Below are positions 1 to 11,003 of a stretch of 64,000 nt of DNA, piece by piece. Numbering within the stretch: position 1 is the first letter of the stretch; the number at the start of each line of letters is the position of its first letter. The stretch is from the NCBI GenBank assembly GCA_965203905.1, contig CBDBDQ010000005.1, forward strand, positions 1,888,001-1,952,000, read 5' to 3'. Source of the stretch: Spirochaetia bacterium. GTDB lineage: Bacteria; Spirochaetota; Spirochaetia; SZUA-6; Bin103. The position numbers and the translations under genes were made by a program. The notes beneath the pieces are model-generated. The model saw nothing but the letters and a program-made list of their open reading frames with translations. It was not told where the DNA came from and made no database searches.

Positions 1-2
1 TC

Positions 3-800
<798 letters not shown>

Positions 801-826
801 CGCTGTCCCGGAGCCGCACGGGGGCG

Positions 827-1153
827 TCAGCCGCGCGATGCAGCGCGGTGCGGGTCGCCGTGAGAAACCTGGGTGATCCTGTCCTTTTCCTTGGCCACCT
901 TGGCCTGGATCTTGTCGAACAGCTTGTCGACCGCCTCGATAAGGTCGTAGCCGCTGACCTTGAGATGGGTGGTCGCACCCCACCGAAAGTGGAGCGAAGC
1001 CTCGGCATGAAACAGGCTGCGTTCGCGGGTGAGGGTCAGCGCCAGGTCGACCAGATACTCGCGCGCATAGGTGAAGCGTTGCAGGCGCCGGTCGATGTGC
1101 TGCCGCTGCTGCTTCCCGAGCTCGAAGTGAACCGCTTTTACCTGAAGTTGCAT
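827..1153 (-). CDS. hpf: Ribosome hibernation promoting factor (HPF/RaiA, sigma-54 modulation protein)
   Basis: 108 aa with DLIEAVDKLFDKIQAKVAKEKDR-type helix; located between rpoN and hprK. Confidence 0.85.
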   Translation of the reverse strand: MQLQVKAVHFELGKQQRQHIDRRLQRFTYAREYLVDLALTLTRERSLFHAEASLHFRWGATTHLKVSGYDLIEAVDKLFDKIQAKVAKEKDRITQVSHGDPHRAASRG

Positions 1154-1175
1154 ATCGTGGTATCTCCTCGTCTGT

Positions 1176-2552
1176 TCAGGTGCGTCGATAGGAGCTGTCG
1201 ATATCCAGCTCCCGGCGATACTTTGTTACCGTACGGCGCGCGATCTTCACTCCCTTCTCGGCGAGGATCTCGGCGATACGGCTGTCGGATAATGGCTTCT
1301 TGCTGTCGGACAGTGGCTTTCCCGTGACGATCTCGCGCACCATCTCCTTGACGCCCGCTTTCGAAAAGCGGGAACCCTTGGACCCCGCCCCGGAAATCGA
1401 ATTGGTGAAAAAGTAGCGCAGCTCGAAGACTCCGAACTCGGTCTGCACGTACTTGCCATTGGCCAGGCGCGACACGGTGGCCTCGTGAACCCCGACCTCG
1501 GCGGCGACATCCTTGAGCGTGAGCGGCACCAGGTACTTGGGTCCGCGGCGAAAGAACTCGCGCTGAACCTCCACCACCGCGCGCGTGACATTGAGCAGGG
1601 AGCGGTTGCGCTCATCGATGGTGCGCATGAACCAACGCGCATCCTGCAGGTTGTGATTGACGAACTTCCTCAGTTCGCGATCGGGGCTGCCGCGGCTCAA
1701 CTCCTCGAAGAACCGGCTGACTCCCAGCACCGGGATCTGTTCGTCATTGAGCAGCAGGCGGAGCTCGCCGTCGACCTGCCGCACGATGACGTCGGGGCTC
1801 ACGTAGCGCACCTGCTCGGAGCTGTAGTTGCGCCCGGGAATCGGGTCCAGCCCGCGCACGTAGTCGAGGATGGAGCGCACTTCCCGTTCCGAGATCGCCA
1901 TGACGCGCGCGATCTCCCCGATCTTGCCGCGCTCCGCCAGGTCCATGTGGTTGCGCACCAGCTCGGCGCTGCCCGGCTCCGGATGCGGGTGCACGCGGAT
2001 CTGGGCCAGCAACGAGTCGGTGAAGTCGCGGGTGCAGCAACCGGGTGGATCGAACCCCTGGATCAGCTCCATCAGCTTTCTCAGCCGTTCCGGCGGGGCA
2101 GCCCGATCCAGGGCTTCCGGCGCCTCCAGCATGAACCCGTTGTCGTCCAGGTTGCGGACCAGCAGCTCGCCGAGCAGGAACTCCTGTGCCGTGAGAGGCT
2201 GCAGCCGAAGTTGCCACAGCAGGTGCTCCTGCAGCGTCTCCGGCCGCGACAGGGCCCCCTCCAGGAATCCGCGCTTGGTGTCGTCGGAGCCGCCGCCGCT
2301 GCCGCCGTTCAGAAAGCCCGAATCGGAGGACTCGGCGAACACGCTCTCTTCCTCGCTGCCGTCCGGGGCCGCGTCCAGCGACGCGGTGGAGTTGTCCTCC
2401 AGCACCTCCAGCGCCGGATTGCGCTCCAGCTCCTCCTGGATGGTGACCTGCAGGTCCTGCAGCGGCATCGCCATCATGCGGATCGCCTGGTAGAGCTGCG
2501 GGGTCATTTTGAGACGCTGCTCCTGGCGCAGAACGGGCCGTTGCGACAACAT
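1176..2552 (-). CDS. rpoN: RNA polymerase sigma-54 factor
   Basis: N-terminal QEQRLKMTPQLYQAI, HTH VHEATVSR, RpoN box ARRTVTKYRREL. Confidence 0.97.
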   Translation of the reverse strand: MLSQRPVLRQEQRLKMTPQLYQAIRMMAMPLQDLQVTIQEELERNPALEVLEDNSTASLDAAPDGSEEESVFAESSDSGFLNGGSGGGSDDTKRGFLEGALSRPETLQEHLLWQLRLQPLTAQEFLLGELLVRNLDDNGFMLEAPEALDRAAPPERLRKLMELIQGFDPPGCCTRDFTDSLLAQIRVHPHPEPGSAELVRNHMDLAERGKIGEIARVMAISEREVRSILDYVRGLDPIPGRNYSSEQVRYVSPDVIVRQVDGELRLLLNDEQIPVLGVSRFFEELSRGSPDRELRKFVNHNLQDARWFMRTIDERNRSLLNVTRAVVEVQREFFRRGPKYLVPLTLKDVAAEVGVHEATVSRLANGKYVQTEFGVFELRYFFTNSISGAGSKGSRFSKAGVKEMVREIVTGKPLSDSKKPLSDSRIAEILAEKGVKIARRTVTKYRRELDIDSSYRRT

Positions 2553-2647
2553 GGCGTGCCCGCATGGTGGGTGAGGGGGCCCCGTTTGTCAACGAGAAAC
2601 GGGTCTGGCGGAGGCGCCGGCGCCGCCCCCGCGCGGCGCCGCTGCCG

Positions 2648-3895
2648 TCAGCGGCGGGAGCCGCTGCGGCGTCCGCGCGGGCCGCCGCGCTGCTGCTGCG
2701 CCGCGGCGGCGCGGGCGCCTTCGGGAGCCGTGGTCCGGCGGCGCAGGGTGGTCACGCTGCGGGCACGGCCGTCGGGCGCCACGTCCAGCACCACGCCCTG
2801 CAATTCCAGCAGCCCCCACGCGTCGCGTGACTGCTCGTGCACCTGATTGACGAACTTGCGCGTCTCGACCGCGGGATCGAGTCCGCCGACGGAGTGCAGG
2901 CTGCCGGTGCGCCCGCAGTGGGTGATGGCCGCGGTGCCGCCCGGCAGGATCCGCGCGTCCGCCGACAGCGTGCGCACGTGAGTACCCAGGAGGGCGCTGG
3001 CCTTGCCGTCGAGGAAGATGCTCATGGCCACCTTCTCGGCGGTGGTGGTGGCATGAAAATCCACCAGCACGATGGGGGTCTGCTGCTTCACGCGCTCGAT
3101 CAGGCCGCCCACCACTTCGAACGGATTGCGCAGGTGCACCCGGCTGAAGCCCGCCTGGCCCAGCAGCGAGATCACTCCTGCCGCGGGGCCGGGAGGCCGA
3201 ATGGGTGCCGCCGGAGCGGACTTCGCGCTCGCGCTGCCCGATCGCCCCGGCTCCGCGGCCGGCGCGGGACGGTCGCCGCCGGAAGGCGGGGTGCCACCGG
3301 AAGGCGGGGTGCCACCGGAAGGAGGGGTGCCACCGGAAGGCGGGGTGCCGCCGGAAGGCGGGGTGCCACTGGAAGGCGGGGTGCCACTGGAAGGCGGGGT
3401 GCCGCCGGAAGGCGGGGTGCCACTGGAAGGCGGGGTGCCACTGGAAGGCGGGGTGCCGCCGGAAGGAGGGGTGCCACCGGAAGGAGGGGTGCCACCGGAA
3501 GGCGGGGTGGTGGCAGGGGCCGCCGGTTGCGCGTCTGCCGGCCGCTCACGGCGCCGCTCGCCACGCTGCGCCGGCGGCCGCGGGCGCGCCACCATCCAGC
3601 CCCTTCCCGGGTTGCCGTAAGGGTAATTCGCAGGCCGCAACAGGTAGCGCGCCTGGGCGATGTGGCCCACCATGTCGCGCTTGTAGTAGGCGAAGTCGCC
3701 GGTGGTGATGACGTCCACGCCCAGCTTGTGCAGGTAGATGGAATGCCCCTTGCCGAGCCCGAAGCCGCCGGTGGCGCCTTCCGCCGCCGCGATGGTGAGG
3801 TCGATGTCCAGTTCGCGCTTGAGACCGGGCAGCAGCGCCTTGATGCAGTATACGCCGGCGCCGCCCACCACTTCGCCAATGAACAGAATGCGCAT
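2648..3895 (-). CDS. YmdB-family metallophosphoesterase with a large low-complexity insertion
   Basis: MRILFIGEVVG, VDVITTG, LLRPANYP, LVDFHATTTAEK, GTHVR motifs; start placed at ATG 3895. Confidence 0.88.
   Translation of the reverse strand: MRILFIGEVVGGAGVYCIKALLPGLKRELDIDLTIAAAEGATGGFGLGKGHSIYLHKLGVDVITTGDFAYYKRDMVGHIAQARYLLRPANYPYGNPGRGWMVARPRPPAQRGERRRERPADAQPAAPATTPPSGGTPPSGGTPPSGGTPPSSGTPPSSGTPPSGGTPPSSGTPPSSGTPPSGGTPPSGGTPPSGGTPPSGGTPPSGGDRPAPAAEPGRSGSASAKSAPAAPIRPPGPAAGVISLLGQAGFSRVHLRNPFEVVGGLIERVKQQTPIVLVDFHATTTAEKVAMSIFLDGKASALLGTHVRTLSADARILPGGTAAITHCGRTGSLHSVGGLDPAVETRKFVNQVHEQSRDAWGLLELQGVVLDVAPDGRARSVTTLRRRTTAPEGARAAAAQQQRGGPRGRRSGSRR
3275..3508. repeat. In-frame 18-bp tandem repeat, 13 units (TPPSGG/TPPSSG)
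   Basis: Unit gcc(a/g)c(c/t)ggaagg(c/a)ggggt read directly. Confidence 0.97.
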
Positions 3896-4017
3896 CGGTT
3901 CCAGCATAACAGAGCCGGCGCACCCGGTCTGCTGGACCGGCAGCGCCCGCGGAGAGTACCGTCGGCGGCAGAAGCACCGGCAGCCGCTGGTACCCATGCC
4001 GTGCTTCGCCAATCGTC

Positions 4018-5205
4018 GTGCTAGCGCGTGTCCTTGAAGTCCTGTTGGTGGCCCTGAAACTGGGCGTTACCTCGTTCGGCGGGCCGGTCGCCCACATCGG
4101 CTACTTCCGCGACGAGTACGTGACCCGGCGGCGGTGGCTGGACGAACGCTCCTACGCCGACCTGGTCGCGCTGTGCCAGTTGCTGCCTGGCCCGGCCAGC
4201 AGCCAGGTCGGCATTGCCGTAGGGATGACGCGCGCCGGCATCGGCGGCGGCGTGGCCGCGTGGCTCGGCTTCACGCTGCCCTCCGCGGCGCTCCTGATCC
4301 TGTTCGGCTACGGCGTGGCAAGCTTCGAGCCGCTGGTGACGAGCGCCCTGCTGCGCGGCCTCAAGGTGGTGGCGGCGGCCGTGGTCGCGTTCGCGGTCTA
4401 CGGCATGGCACAGACTCTGGCCCCGGACCGGCGCCGCGCGACCATCGCCGTGCTGGCGGCGATCGGGATGCTGTTCTGGCGCACGCCGCTGGCGCAGGTG
4501 CTGGTCATCGTCGTTGCCGGGGGCGCCGGCTGGATGTTGCTGCGGGACACCGTGCAGGAGTCCGGAGCCGCGCCTCGCAACGCTTCCGTAGGCGTTCTCA
4601 GGAGCGTGGTCTGCCTCGCCCTGTTCCTGCTGCTGCTGCTGGGGCTGCCGCTTGCCCGGCAGCTCACGGACAGCGTCTGGCTCGGCGTGTTCGACGCCTT
4701 CTACCGCGCGGGGGCGCTGGTGTTCGGAGGCGGACACGTGGTCCTGCCCCTGCTGCAGGCGGAGGTGGTGCCGGTCGGATGGGTGAGCGGCGACCAGTTC
4801 ATCGCCGGCTACGGCGCGGCGCAGGCCGTCCCCGGACCGTTGTTCACCTTTTCCGCCTACCTGGGAACGGTGATGGCGGGACCCACGGGCGGCTGGCGCG
4901 GCGGCCTGCTTGCCCTCGGGGCGATCTTCCTGCCCTCGTTTCTGCTGGTGATCGGCATCCTGCCGCTGTGGGATCGGCTGCGTTCGGTCGGGCGCTTCCG
5001 CGCCGCGGTCGCGGGCGTCAACGCGGCGGTCGTGGGGCTGCTGCTCGCCGCGCTGTACGACCCGGTATGGATCACGGCGCTGCACGCTCCGGGCGACGTG
5101 GCGCTGGGCCTGGCCGCGTTCGGCATGCTGGCCTGGTGGAAGCTGCCGCCGTGGCTGGTGGTGCTGCTCGGCGCCGCCGCCGGCGCCGCACTCGGATCGC
5201 TTTAG
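4018..5205 (+). CDS. chrA: Chromate efflux transporter, long-chain CHR family
   Basis: SFGGPVAHIGYF, LPGPASSQVG, VFGGGHVVLP, AVPGPLFTF motifs; two-domain membrane protein. Confidence 0.95.
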   Translation: MLARVLEVLLVALKLGVTSFGGPVAHIGYFRDEYVTRRRWLDERSYADLVALCQLLPGPASSQVGIAVGMTRAGIGGGVAAWLGFTLPSAALLILFGYGVASFEPLVTSALLRGLKVVAAAVVAFAVYGMAQTLAPDRRRATIAVLAAIGMLFWRTPLAQVLVIVVAGGAGWMLLRDTVQESGAAPRNASVGVLRSVVCLALFLLLLLGLPLARQLTDSVWLGVFDAFYRAGALVFGGGHVVLPLLQAEVVPVGWVSGDQFIAGYGAAQAVPGPLFTFSAYLGTVMAGPTGGWRGGLLALGAIFLPSFLLVIGILPLWDRLRSVGRFRAAVAGVNAAVVGLLLAALYDPVWITALHAPGDVALGLAAFGMLAWWKLPPWLVVLLGAAAGAALGSL

Positions 5206-5847
5206 CCGCGTCTACTCGCAGCGGGCGCGCGTCGACGGATCGGTGAGTCCAGCATCGCCTGCAGTCGCCGGCGTCCGCCCGTCCTTCGCGCAGCCTGCGG
5301 TACTCGGCAAGGTAGTCTGAAAGCGGGGGAGGCCGATGGCGTGACGTCGCTCGTTGCAGCGAAGGCTCACCAGGGCCATCCCATGCTGAACGACGCCTGC
5401 CTGACCGCTAGCACACTGCTCGAATGCACCACGACGTCTGAATCCCGTGTGGGCGAGCGGCGATGATGGCCCCGGCGCCTGCCAGATCGCCGCCGCCTTC
5501 AGGGTGCGTGCGTTCGTTAGCTGTACGATGTGTCCAGGAATGGGTGGGTTGCCGCCCACCGACAACGCGCCGGTCTCCGCCGATGCGTTGCTGCCACGCC
5601 GGCGCCGCGGTGCAGGATTCGCAGGATTCTGCAAAAAGTGCTAAAAAAGTGCGCCGAGTACTTGACGGGTTTGGCGCTGCTCGTGACGGTCTCCTGCCGC
5701 ACGTTCCGGCCCCTCCGCCCCTTCGAACATCTCGCCACGACCTCCAGGACCGTCAGCACCCCGCCAGCGCCGGCCTAAGCCCTTCCCGGTGCCCGTCCCG
5801 GGACTTGCCTAAACCTGGCATTTCTCAACCATGTTTATATTTACGCC

Positions 5848-6039
5848 ATGGCTACCGCGACCGCTTCGGGCTTCTCCTCCTCGCTCTCCGGGCTCCCCGA
5901 CCAGGTGCTGCTGGCGCATACCAGGTCCCTCGTCCTGCACGAGCAGGCGCTGCAACTCGCCGTCCTCGACCACCTGCGCGAGATCCACGCCCGCCACCTC
6001 CACCTGCGCCGCGGGTTCTCCAGCCTGTTCGACTACGCC
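5848..6039 (+). pseudogene. N-terminal fragment of a DUF222-like/HNH endonuclease-family protein, truncated by the island
   Basis: LAVLDHLREI..RHLHLRRGFSSLFDYA resembles the N-terminus of this family; GC and codon usage collapse at 6040. Confidence 0.55.
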
Positions 6040-6518
6040 ATTATCGCTCTTATTTATAAGTACGATAATAGTTTACTCATTACTCCAGTATCCCGTTATT
6101 GCTCTCGCAACCCCTTGGTGGTATCCGATCATCCTTTGACTTCCTTCGGTCTTGCGCCGAGACGCGAGCGGAGCCGGTCATCGTGACTGTGAACGGCGTC
6201 AACCGCGGCTCCGCCACCGCCGTACCCATTGCCCTCACCTTCTCGCACGCGATTGGGACACCGTCAAGACGGCAGGAACTGAGCGTTCCGACGTGACGCT
6301 GAGCCAAGCGGCGTGGCTTGAACAATTCTATTCCGGCAGCGACGATGTTCCGCGACTGGCGCCGGTGCCACAGACGCTCAGCGTGAGGTTGCCGTGCACG
6401 CGCTCGCCCACATGAACCCGAACAGCATCCAGGCGGGCCTACTTCGCGAACCGGCTAGTCCGAGCGGCGGCGAAAGCTGATGGATGCAGCCACTATCCTG
6501 CCGCAGCAGAAGGGTCTG

Positions 6519-6942
6519 TCACTCACGGCGGACGAGTTGACTGCACGGTCTGAACGTACGTGCTTGCTGTGATCGTGGCCAACTTGGCGTGAGACGGTGT
6601 ACCTGAGTGCCGGGCTTCACGTCCAGCGGCGCCACGCTCCCGCCGCGGTCCCGGTACCGGAACCAACGCCGCGGCCGCACCACCTCCTCGCCGAAGCGGT
6701 TGATGAACCGCAGGTTGCGCACCCGCTCAAAGACTGTGACCTCTCCGCCGACGCTGATCTGGTTGACGCAGGTTGGCTCGTCGAGACAGGCTAACTCCTG
6801 CACCATCGCGTCGCCGATCCAGTTCACCATCTCCAGGAGCTTGGCCTCTGCGTCCTGGAGCCCAAGCCCGCCGGCCGTTGATGCCTCCCTGCAGTTCCTC
6901 GACTAGACCCTCGGCCACTGCTGTAAGTTCTTGTGTATCCAT
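6519..6942 (-). pseudogene. Frameshifted N-terminal transposase fragment (ISKra4/UPF0236-like)
   Basis: Two overlapping ORFs; RFINRFGEEVVRPRRWFRYRDRGGSVAPLD resembles the N-terminal region of these transposases. Confidence 0.45.
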
Positions 6943-7058
6943 GGTCTACCTCCCTATGATGTGGTGTTCTGGCGTAGGTAGAAGGATTTGCTACCGCCCT
7001 TAGCGTTCGCACCCGTTTGGGTCGATGACTTGACGATTCCAACTGCTCATGATATACG

Positions 7059-8084
7059 ATGCTCGTGTCCACGGCGGCGGCGCGAGAGAAAGAGAATGGG
7101 ACGTTATCGAACAGGCAACTCGACTTGGGCGTGCACGTTCCAGAACAGTACTATTGCCGAACCGACCAGGGGAGCGTAGCAGGCGTGCTCCTTCAGGACG
7201 CTGCGGGAGCGTTGAGTTTGCTACCGTCCGGTGCCTTCAACGTAGCTCTGACGTCCCCTCCCTACTACTGGGTACGCGACTACGGGTACGAGGAGCAGAT
7301 CGGACACGAGCAATCGGTGGACGAGTACATCAACGCGCTCATGGAGGTATTCGACGAGGTGTTTCGGACGCTGCATCCGGAGGGGTGCTTCTTCCTAAAC
7401 ATAGGCGACACCTACTACTCGGGGAACGGGCAGCCACATGGTTCCGACCCCAAATGCTCCTCCAGGAACTTCCTGCGCCAGAAGGTACGGGCGGTGGATG
7501 TGAGCGGCTGGGACATCCCAAAGAAGTCGCTGATCGGGATACCATGGAAGGTCGCCTTCGCCATGCAGGATCGAGGCTGGACTCTGCGGAGTTCGATCAT
7601 CTGGAACCGATGCAATGCCTTTGTGGAGCCGACGGCGCGCGACCGACCGCACCGTCAGTATGAGTTCATCTTCCTGTTTTCGAAGGCCCGGTTCTACTCA
7701 TTTGACCGGTCCGAACTGGTAGAGGAGGACGTCTGGAACATCCCGATTGAGCGTTTTCGGAAGGCTAACCACAACGCTGCCTTTCCAAGCGAACTCGTAA
7801 GGCGCTGCATCCACCTAGGGAGTCCTGTCGGTGGACATGTGCTCGACCCTTTCGTCGGAAGCGGCACCACCATCTTCACAGCCCTCGAACACGGACGGAA
7901 CGTGGTAGGAATCGACTTGAGCAAACAGTACGTTCAGTACATCCAAGGACGATTGCGCCAAGCCGGCCATGAGACGATCAGCTGCGATACGATGAAGGCC
8001 ACGCTATCGACACCGTCTCCACTGTGGGATGAGTGGGCCGGCAACGTGGAGAACCTCCGTAAGAAAGTCATCGACAAATCCTGA
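7059..8084 (+). CDS. DNA methyltransferase, beta class, probably N4-cytosine
   Basis: Catalytic TSPPY, FLNIGD, HNAAFP and SAM-binding VLDPFVGSGTT, in beta order. Confidence 0.92.
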   Translation: MLVSTAAAREKENGTLSNRQLDLGVHVPEQYYCRTDQGSVAGVLLQDAAGALSLLPSGAFNVALTSPPYYWVRDYGYEEQIGHEQSVDEYINALMEVFDEVFRTLHPEGCFFLNIGDTYYSGNGQPHGSDPKCSSRNFLRQKVRAVDVSGWDIPKKSLIGIPWKVAFAMQDRGWTLRSSIIWNRCNAFVEPTARDRPHRQYEFIFLFSKARFYSFDRSELVEEDVWNIPIERFRKANHNAAFPSELVRRCIHLGSPVGGHVLDPFVGSGTTIFTALEHGRNVVGIDLSKQYVQYIQGRLRQAGHETISCDTMKATLSTPSPLWDEWAGNVENLRKKVIDKS

Positions 8085-8086
8085 CC

Positions 8087-9661
8087 ATGCGGTACTTCCC
8101 GCTGAGCTTCATCAGTTCAGCAATCGTCCACCTGTCGAGTTATAGCGCCAACTGGCTGATCCCGCCGTTCGTATTCGCGGCAAACGATGTCGATATGAGC
8201 GACGTCGTCGACATGTCCAAGAAGCACGGAACCGATCGGTTTCTCGACAAATACTTTAGCGGCGACCTGCTTGGCATTCGTCCCTATCCGTCCGGTAACA
8301 ATCTATTGCGGCCGATCATGAGGGGAAGCAGAGGAATCGACTCGGACCTGTTGATTCACCAGGACACCAAGTTATGGGGGAACATCTTCTCCTCTCGTGG
8401 TTACCGCGAGATGCGACAACGTGGGGAGATAGACGGTGAGGGATCGATCATCCGACTAACGGAGTCCTTTCAACCGAAGTTCGAGCGGGAGATTCCAGAA
8501 TCGTTCCGATTCGAATACTTTATGACATGGTTGTTTGCCTTCACGGGTTTTCCTGATAACATTATGGGCTGGGCGGCTCTGATGGAAGAGCTGCTCCATA
8601 ACCACCTAAAGATAGACCATTTCGCACCTCCATACCGTCAACGGTTCACGCTATCCGATGTTCCGCCAGCCTGGCCCAGGAGCTGGCGACAAAGGATGGC
8701 CAATAGCAGAATCATTCAGCAACTCGCACCCGCTCTCAATCGAACACTGCGGGGGGAGAACAATATAACCAGCGACACCCGGGACAGTCCTCCATCGGCT
8801 GAAAGCGCACCCTTACTCCCAGACGATAACGAAGCGTTGGTGACTATCCGGAAGTCAATATCGGATCAGTCCAGCTTCGCGTTTCTCCTGACTGGTCCGC
8901 CAGGTACTGGCAAGACGAGAACGGCCCGACAACTGGCCAGGAAGCTGACGGATGACGACAGTGATCGATCCTTGTTCTTGCAGTTCCATCCCGGATTCAA
9001 TTACGACGATTTCATAGAGGGTTTCCGCCCAAAGGCGACACGATCTGGGATTCTCTATGAGGTGGACCGCCGGCTGTTCCTCTCGTTCGCCCTAAAGGCA
9101 ACCAACGATAGCGACCGGATATATGTGGCGGTGATCGATGAGCTAAACCGCGGGGATGTAGCCGGAGTGTTCGGCGAAATACTCACGTACATCGAACCGG
9201 ACTACCGAGGCGTGTCCTTCACGCTGCCGTTCTCGGGAACCAAGCAGACGCTGCCAAAGAACCTCGTGCTGATTGCTACCGCGAATCCGTACGACCGATC
9301 CGTGACCGAGATTGACGACTCCTTGCTGCGCAGATTCTGGGTGATAGATATACAGCCGGACCGAATGCTGTTGCAGGCACACTTGAAAGAAAATGGCGTG
9401 CAGGACGGCGTGATTCGTCGGACGTTACGGCTGTTCGAGATTCTGAACGAACGGCTGCCGCACGGATTTGGCCACACGTCCTTCCTGAATGTCAGGAGCG
9501 TTGATGACCTTGCGTCGGTCTGGCTAGGGCGGATCCGGATGACCCTACGTCGCTCTATTGCGTACGACCGTGCGTTTTATCAGGAGGCGGAGGCGGAGAT
9601 CGAACAGCTACTGGAGACCAGCAGAGACGAAGGGACAGACGAAAGCGGTTCCACGTCCTGA
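8087..9661 (+). CDS. mcrB: McrB-family AAA+ GTPase with unrecognised N-terminal domain
   Basis: GPPGTGKT, QFHPGFNYDDFIEGFRP, IDELNRG, TANPYD (NxxD), LLRRF. Confidence 0.93.
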   Translation: MRYFPLSFISSAIVHLSSYSANWLIPPFVFAANDVDMSDVVDMSKKHGTDRFLDKYFSGDLLGIRPYPSGNNLLRPIMRGSRGIDSDLLIHQDTKLWGNIFSSRGYREMRQRGEIDGEGSIIRLTESFQPKFEREIPESFRFEYFMTWLFAFTGFPDNIMGWAALMEELLHNHLKIDHFAPPYRQRFTLSDVPPAWPRSWRQRMANSRIIQQLAPALNRTLRGENNITSDTRDSPPSAESAPLLPDDNEALVTIRKSISDQSSFAFLLTGPPGTGKTRTARQLARKLTDDDSDRSLFLQFHPGFNYDDFIEGFRPKATRSGILYEVDRRLFLSFALKATNDSDRIYVAVIDELNRGDVAGVFGEILTYIEPDYRGVSFTLPFSGTKQTLPKNLVLIATANPYDRSVTEIDDSLLRRFWVIDIQPDRMLLQAHLKENGVQDGVIRRTLRLFEILNERLPHGFGHTSFLNVRSVDDLASVWLGRIRMTLRRSIAYDRAFYQEAEAEIEQLLETSRDEGTDESGSTS

Positions 9662-10905
9662 TGGCCGACCGTACCATCGAACTATTCGAATACGAGAGCA
9701 AGGTTTTCGGCCGGGACGAGTTCCGAGGTCCCGATGGAACCAGCTTGATCCTACCAGAAGCCCGCAAGCTGGGCGCGATAGAACTTCGCGATACCTACGC
9801 TGGAATAACCCTGATGGCCAGAGGAGTCTCTGGATACTTACGGCTGACCACTCAGCTATCACTACAGATCAACCCTCGATTCCCTATCGAAAACCTATGG
9901 CGAATGATGCTCTGGACGGACGAGCGGTACCGTCGGATGCTGCCTATTGTCCGATCGTACGCCCGCCAGGTTGACGGACCGCCTCATCTGTTGCTCGTCC
10001 GGAGCTTCTGCCATTTTCTACGATCGATACTGCGAGACGGTCTATGGCGTGCTTACCTGCCAGAGGAAGTCGAGGGGCATTTCAAGCCGAGGATCCGCTT
10101 CGGCAGGACCGTGAGCCGGTTCCTGTCGAAGGGCGATCAGAACAACGTTGTTCGCGCGGAATACATACTGTCAAACCGACTGGACGCAAACTACGCGCTC
10201 AAGGCGGCCTGCCAGAAATTCCTGCGCATCATCCCGATGAATCGTGATTGGGAACAAGAAAGGCTCGATCTTCATGAAGCGCTGAACCTCCTGGCACGAG
10301 TACCGGTCAGAGAACCACTATTTGGCCACCGCGAAATGACCCGTGGAATACCGTCCTGGCTAAGAGACGGGTATTCTAAAGCCCTCGCGGTCTACTCGCT
10401 CTATAGGGGAAACACAGGTGCCGGGTTCCAGCATGAGCTTCCTGGTATGGACATGCCGTCCTTCCTGTTCAAGCTCGACGAGATATTTGAACAGTTCGTC
10501 AGGAACTCCCTGCGAGCCAATGTGGATGGCGCCGAGGTGGTCGACGGGAACCAACGACGAATACGCCTATTCTGGACAGGCAGCGATCTTGAGGTATCTC
10601 CTGACATCATACTCCGAATCGATGGACGGACGGCCGCGATCATCGAGGTGAAATATAAACCGAAGATTAGCGAGGCCGATCGGTATCAGACGATCGCCTA
10701 CACGGTCGCCGCGGATGCCCCGATAGGGATATTGGTGTCGCCAGCGACCTCGGGCCACGACGGGTTGGACTACTTGGGGTCAGTGTCGGGACAACGCTTC
10801 TACCACTACCGGCTAGACGTTAGCACCGACCTCGATGTCAGTACGGGCAGAATGGCCAGGGAGATTATGCTAGAGTGTGATGGCATGCAAAACGCGAGCT
10901 CATGA
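9661..10905 (+). CDS. mcrC: McrC-family PD-(D/E)xK nuclease subunit
   Basis: TGATG coupling to mcrB; LFKLDEIFEQFV, SPDII, IEVKYK, DRYQTIAY. Confidence 0.9.
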   Translation: MADRTIELFEYESKVFGRDEFRGPDGTSLILPEARKLGAIELRDTYAGITLMARGVSGYLRLTTQLSLQINPRFPIENLWRMMLWTDERYRRMLPIVRSYARQVDGPPHLLLVRSFCHFLRSILRDGLWRAYLPEEVEGHFKPRIRFGRTVSRFLSKGDQNNVVRAEYILSNRLDANYALKAACQKFLRIIPMNRDWEQERLDLHEALNLLARVPVREPLFGHREMTRGIPSWLRDGYSKALAVYSLYRGNTGAGFQHELPGMDMPSFLFKLDEIFEQFVRNSLRANVDGAEVVDGNQRRIRLFWTGSDLEVSPDIILRIDGRTAAIIEVKYKPKISEADRYQTIAYTVAADAPIGILVSPATSGHDGLDYLGSVSGQRFYHYRLDVSTDLDVSTGRMAREIMLECDGMQNASS

Positions 10906-10923
10906 GGGATGTGCGGATCTGAC

Positions 10924-10944
10924 GGTAGTGCATCAGTTTGAAAC
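10924..10944. mobile_element. Putative IS1-family-like terminal sequence
   Basis: GGTAGTGCATCAGTTTGAAAC resembles, from memory, ends of passenger-carrying IS1-like elements; no transposase or partner end seen. Confidence 0.4.
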
Positions 10945-11003
10945 CTGCTAATCTCAGACTGCAACAGCTTGACAGCGCGGTGCCGACGCTGTACACCCAC
11001 AGT

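Noticed and set aside
3275-3508. CRISPR array
   Set aside because: Contiguous 18-bp in-frame units with no spacers, and no cas genes in the window
8087-10905. CoCoNuT-type McrBC system
   Set aside because: No long coiled-coil or helicase partner genes adjacent
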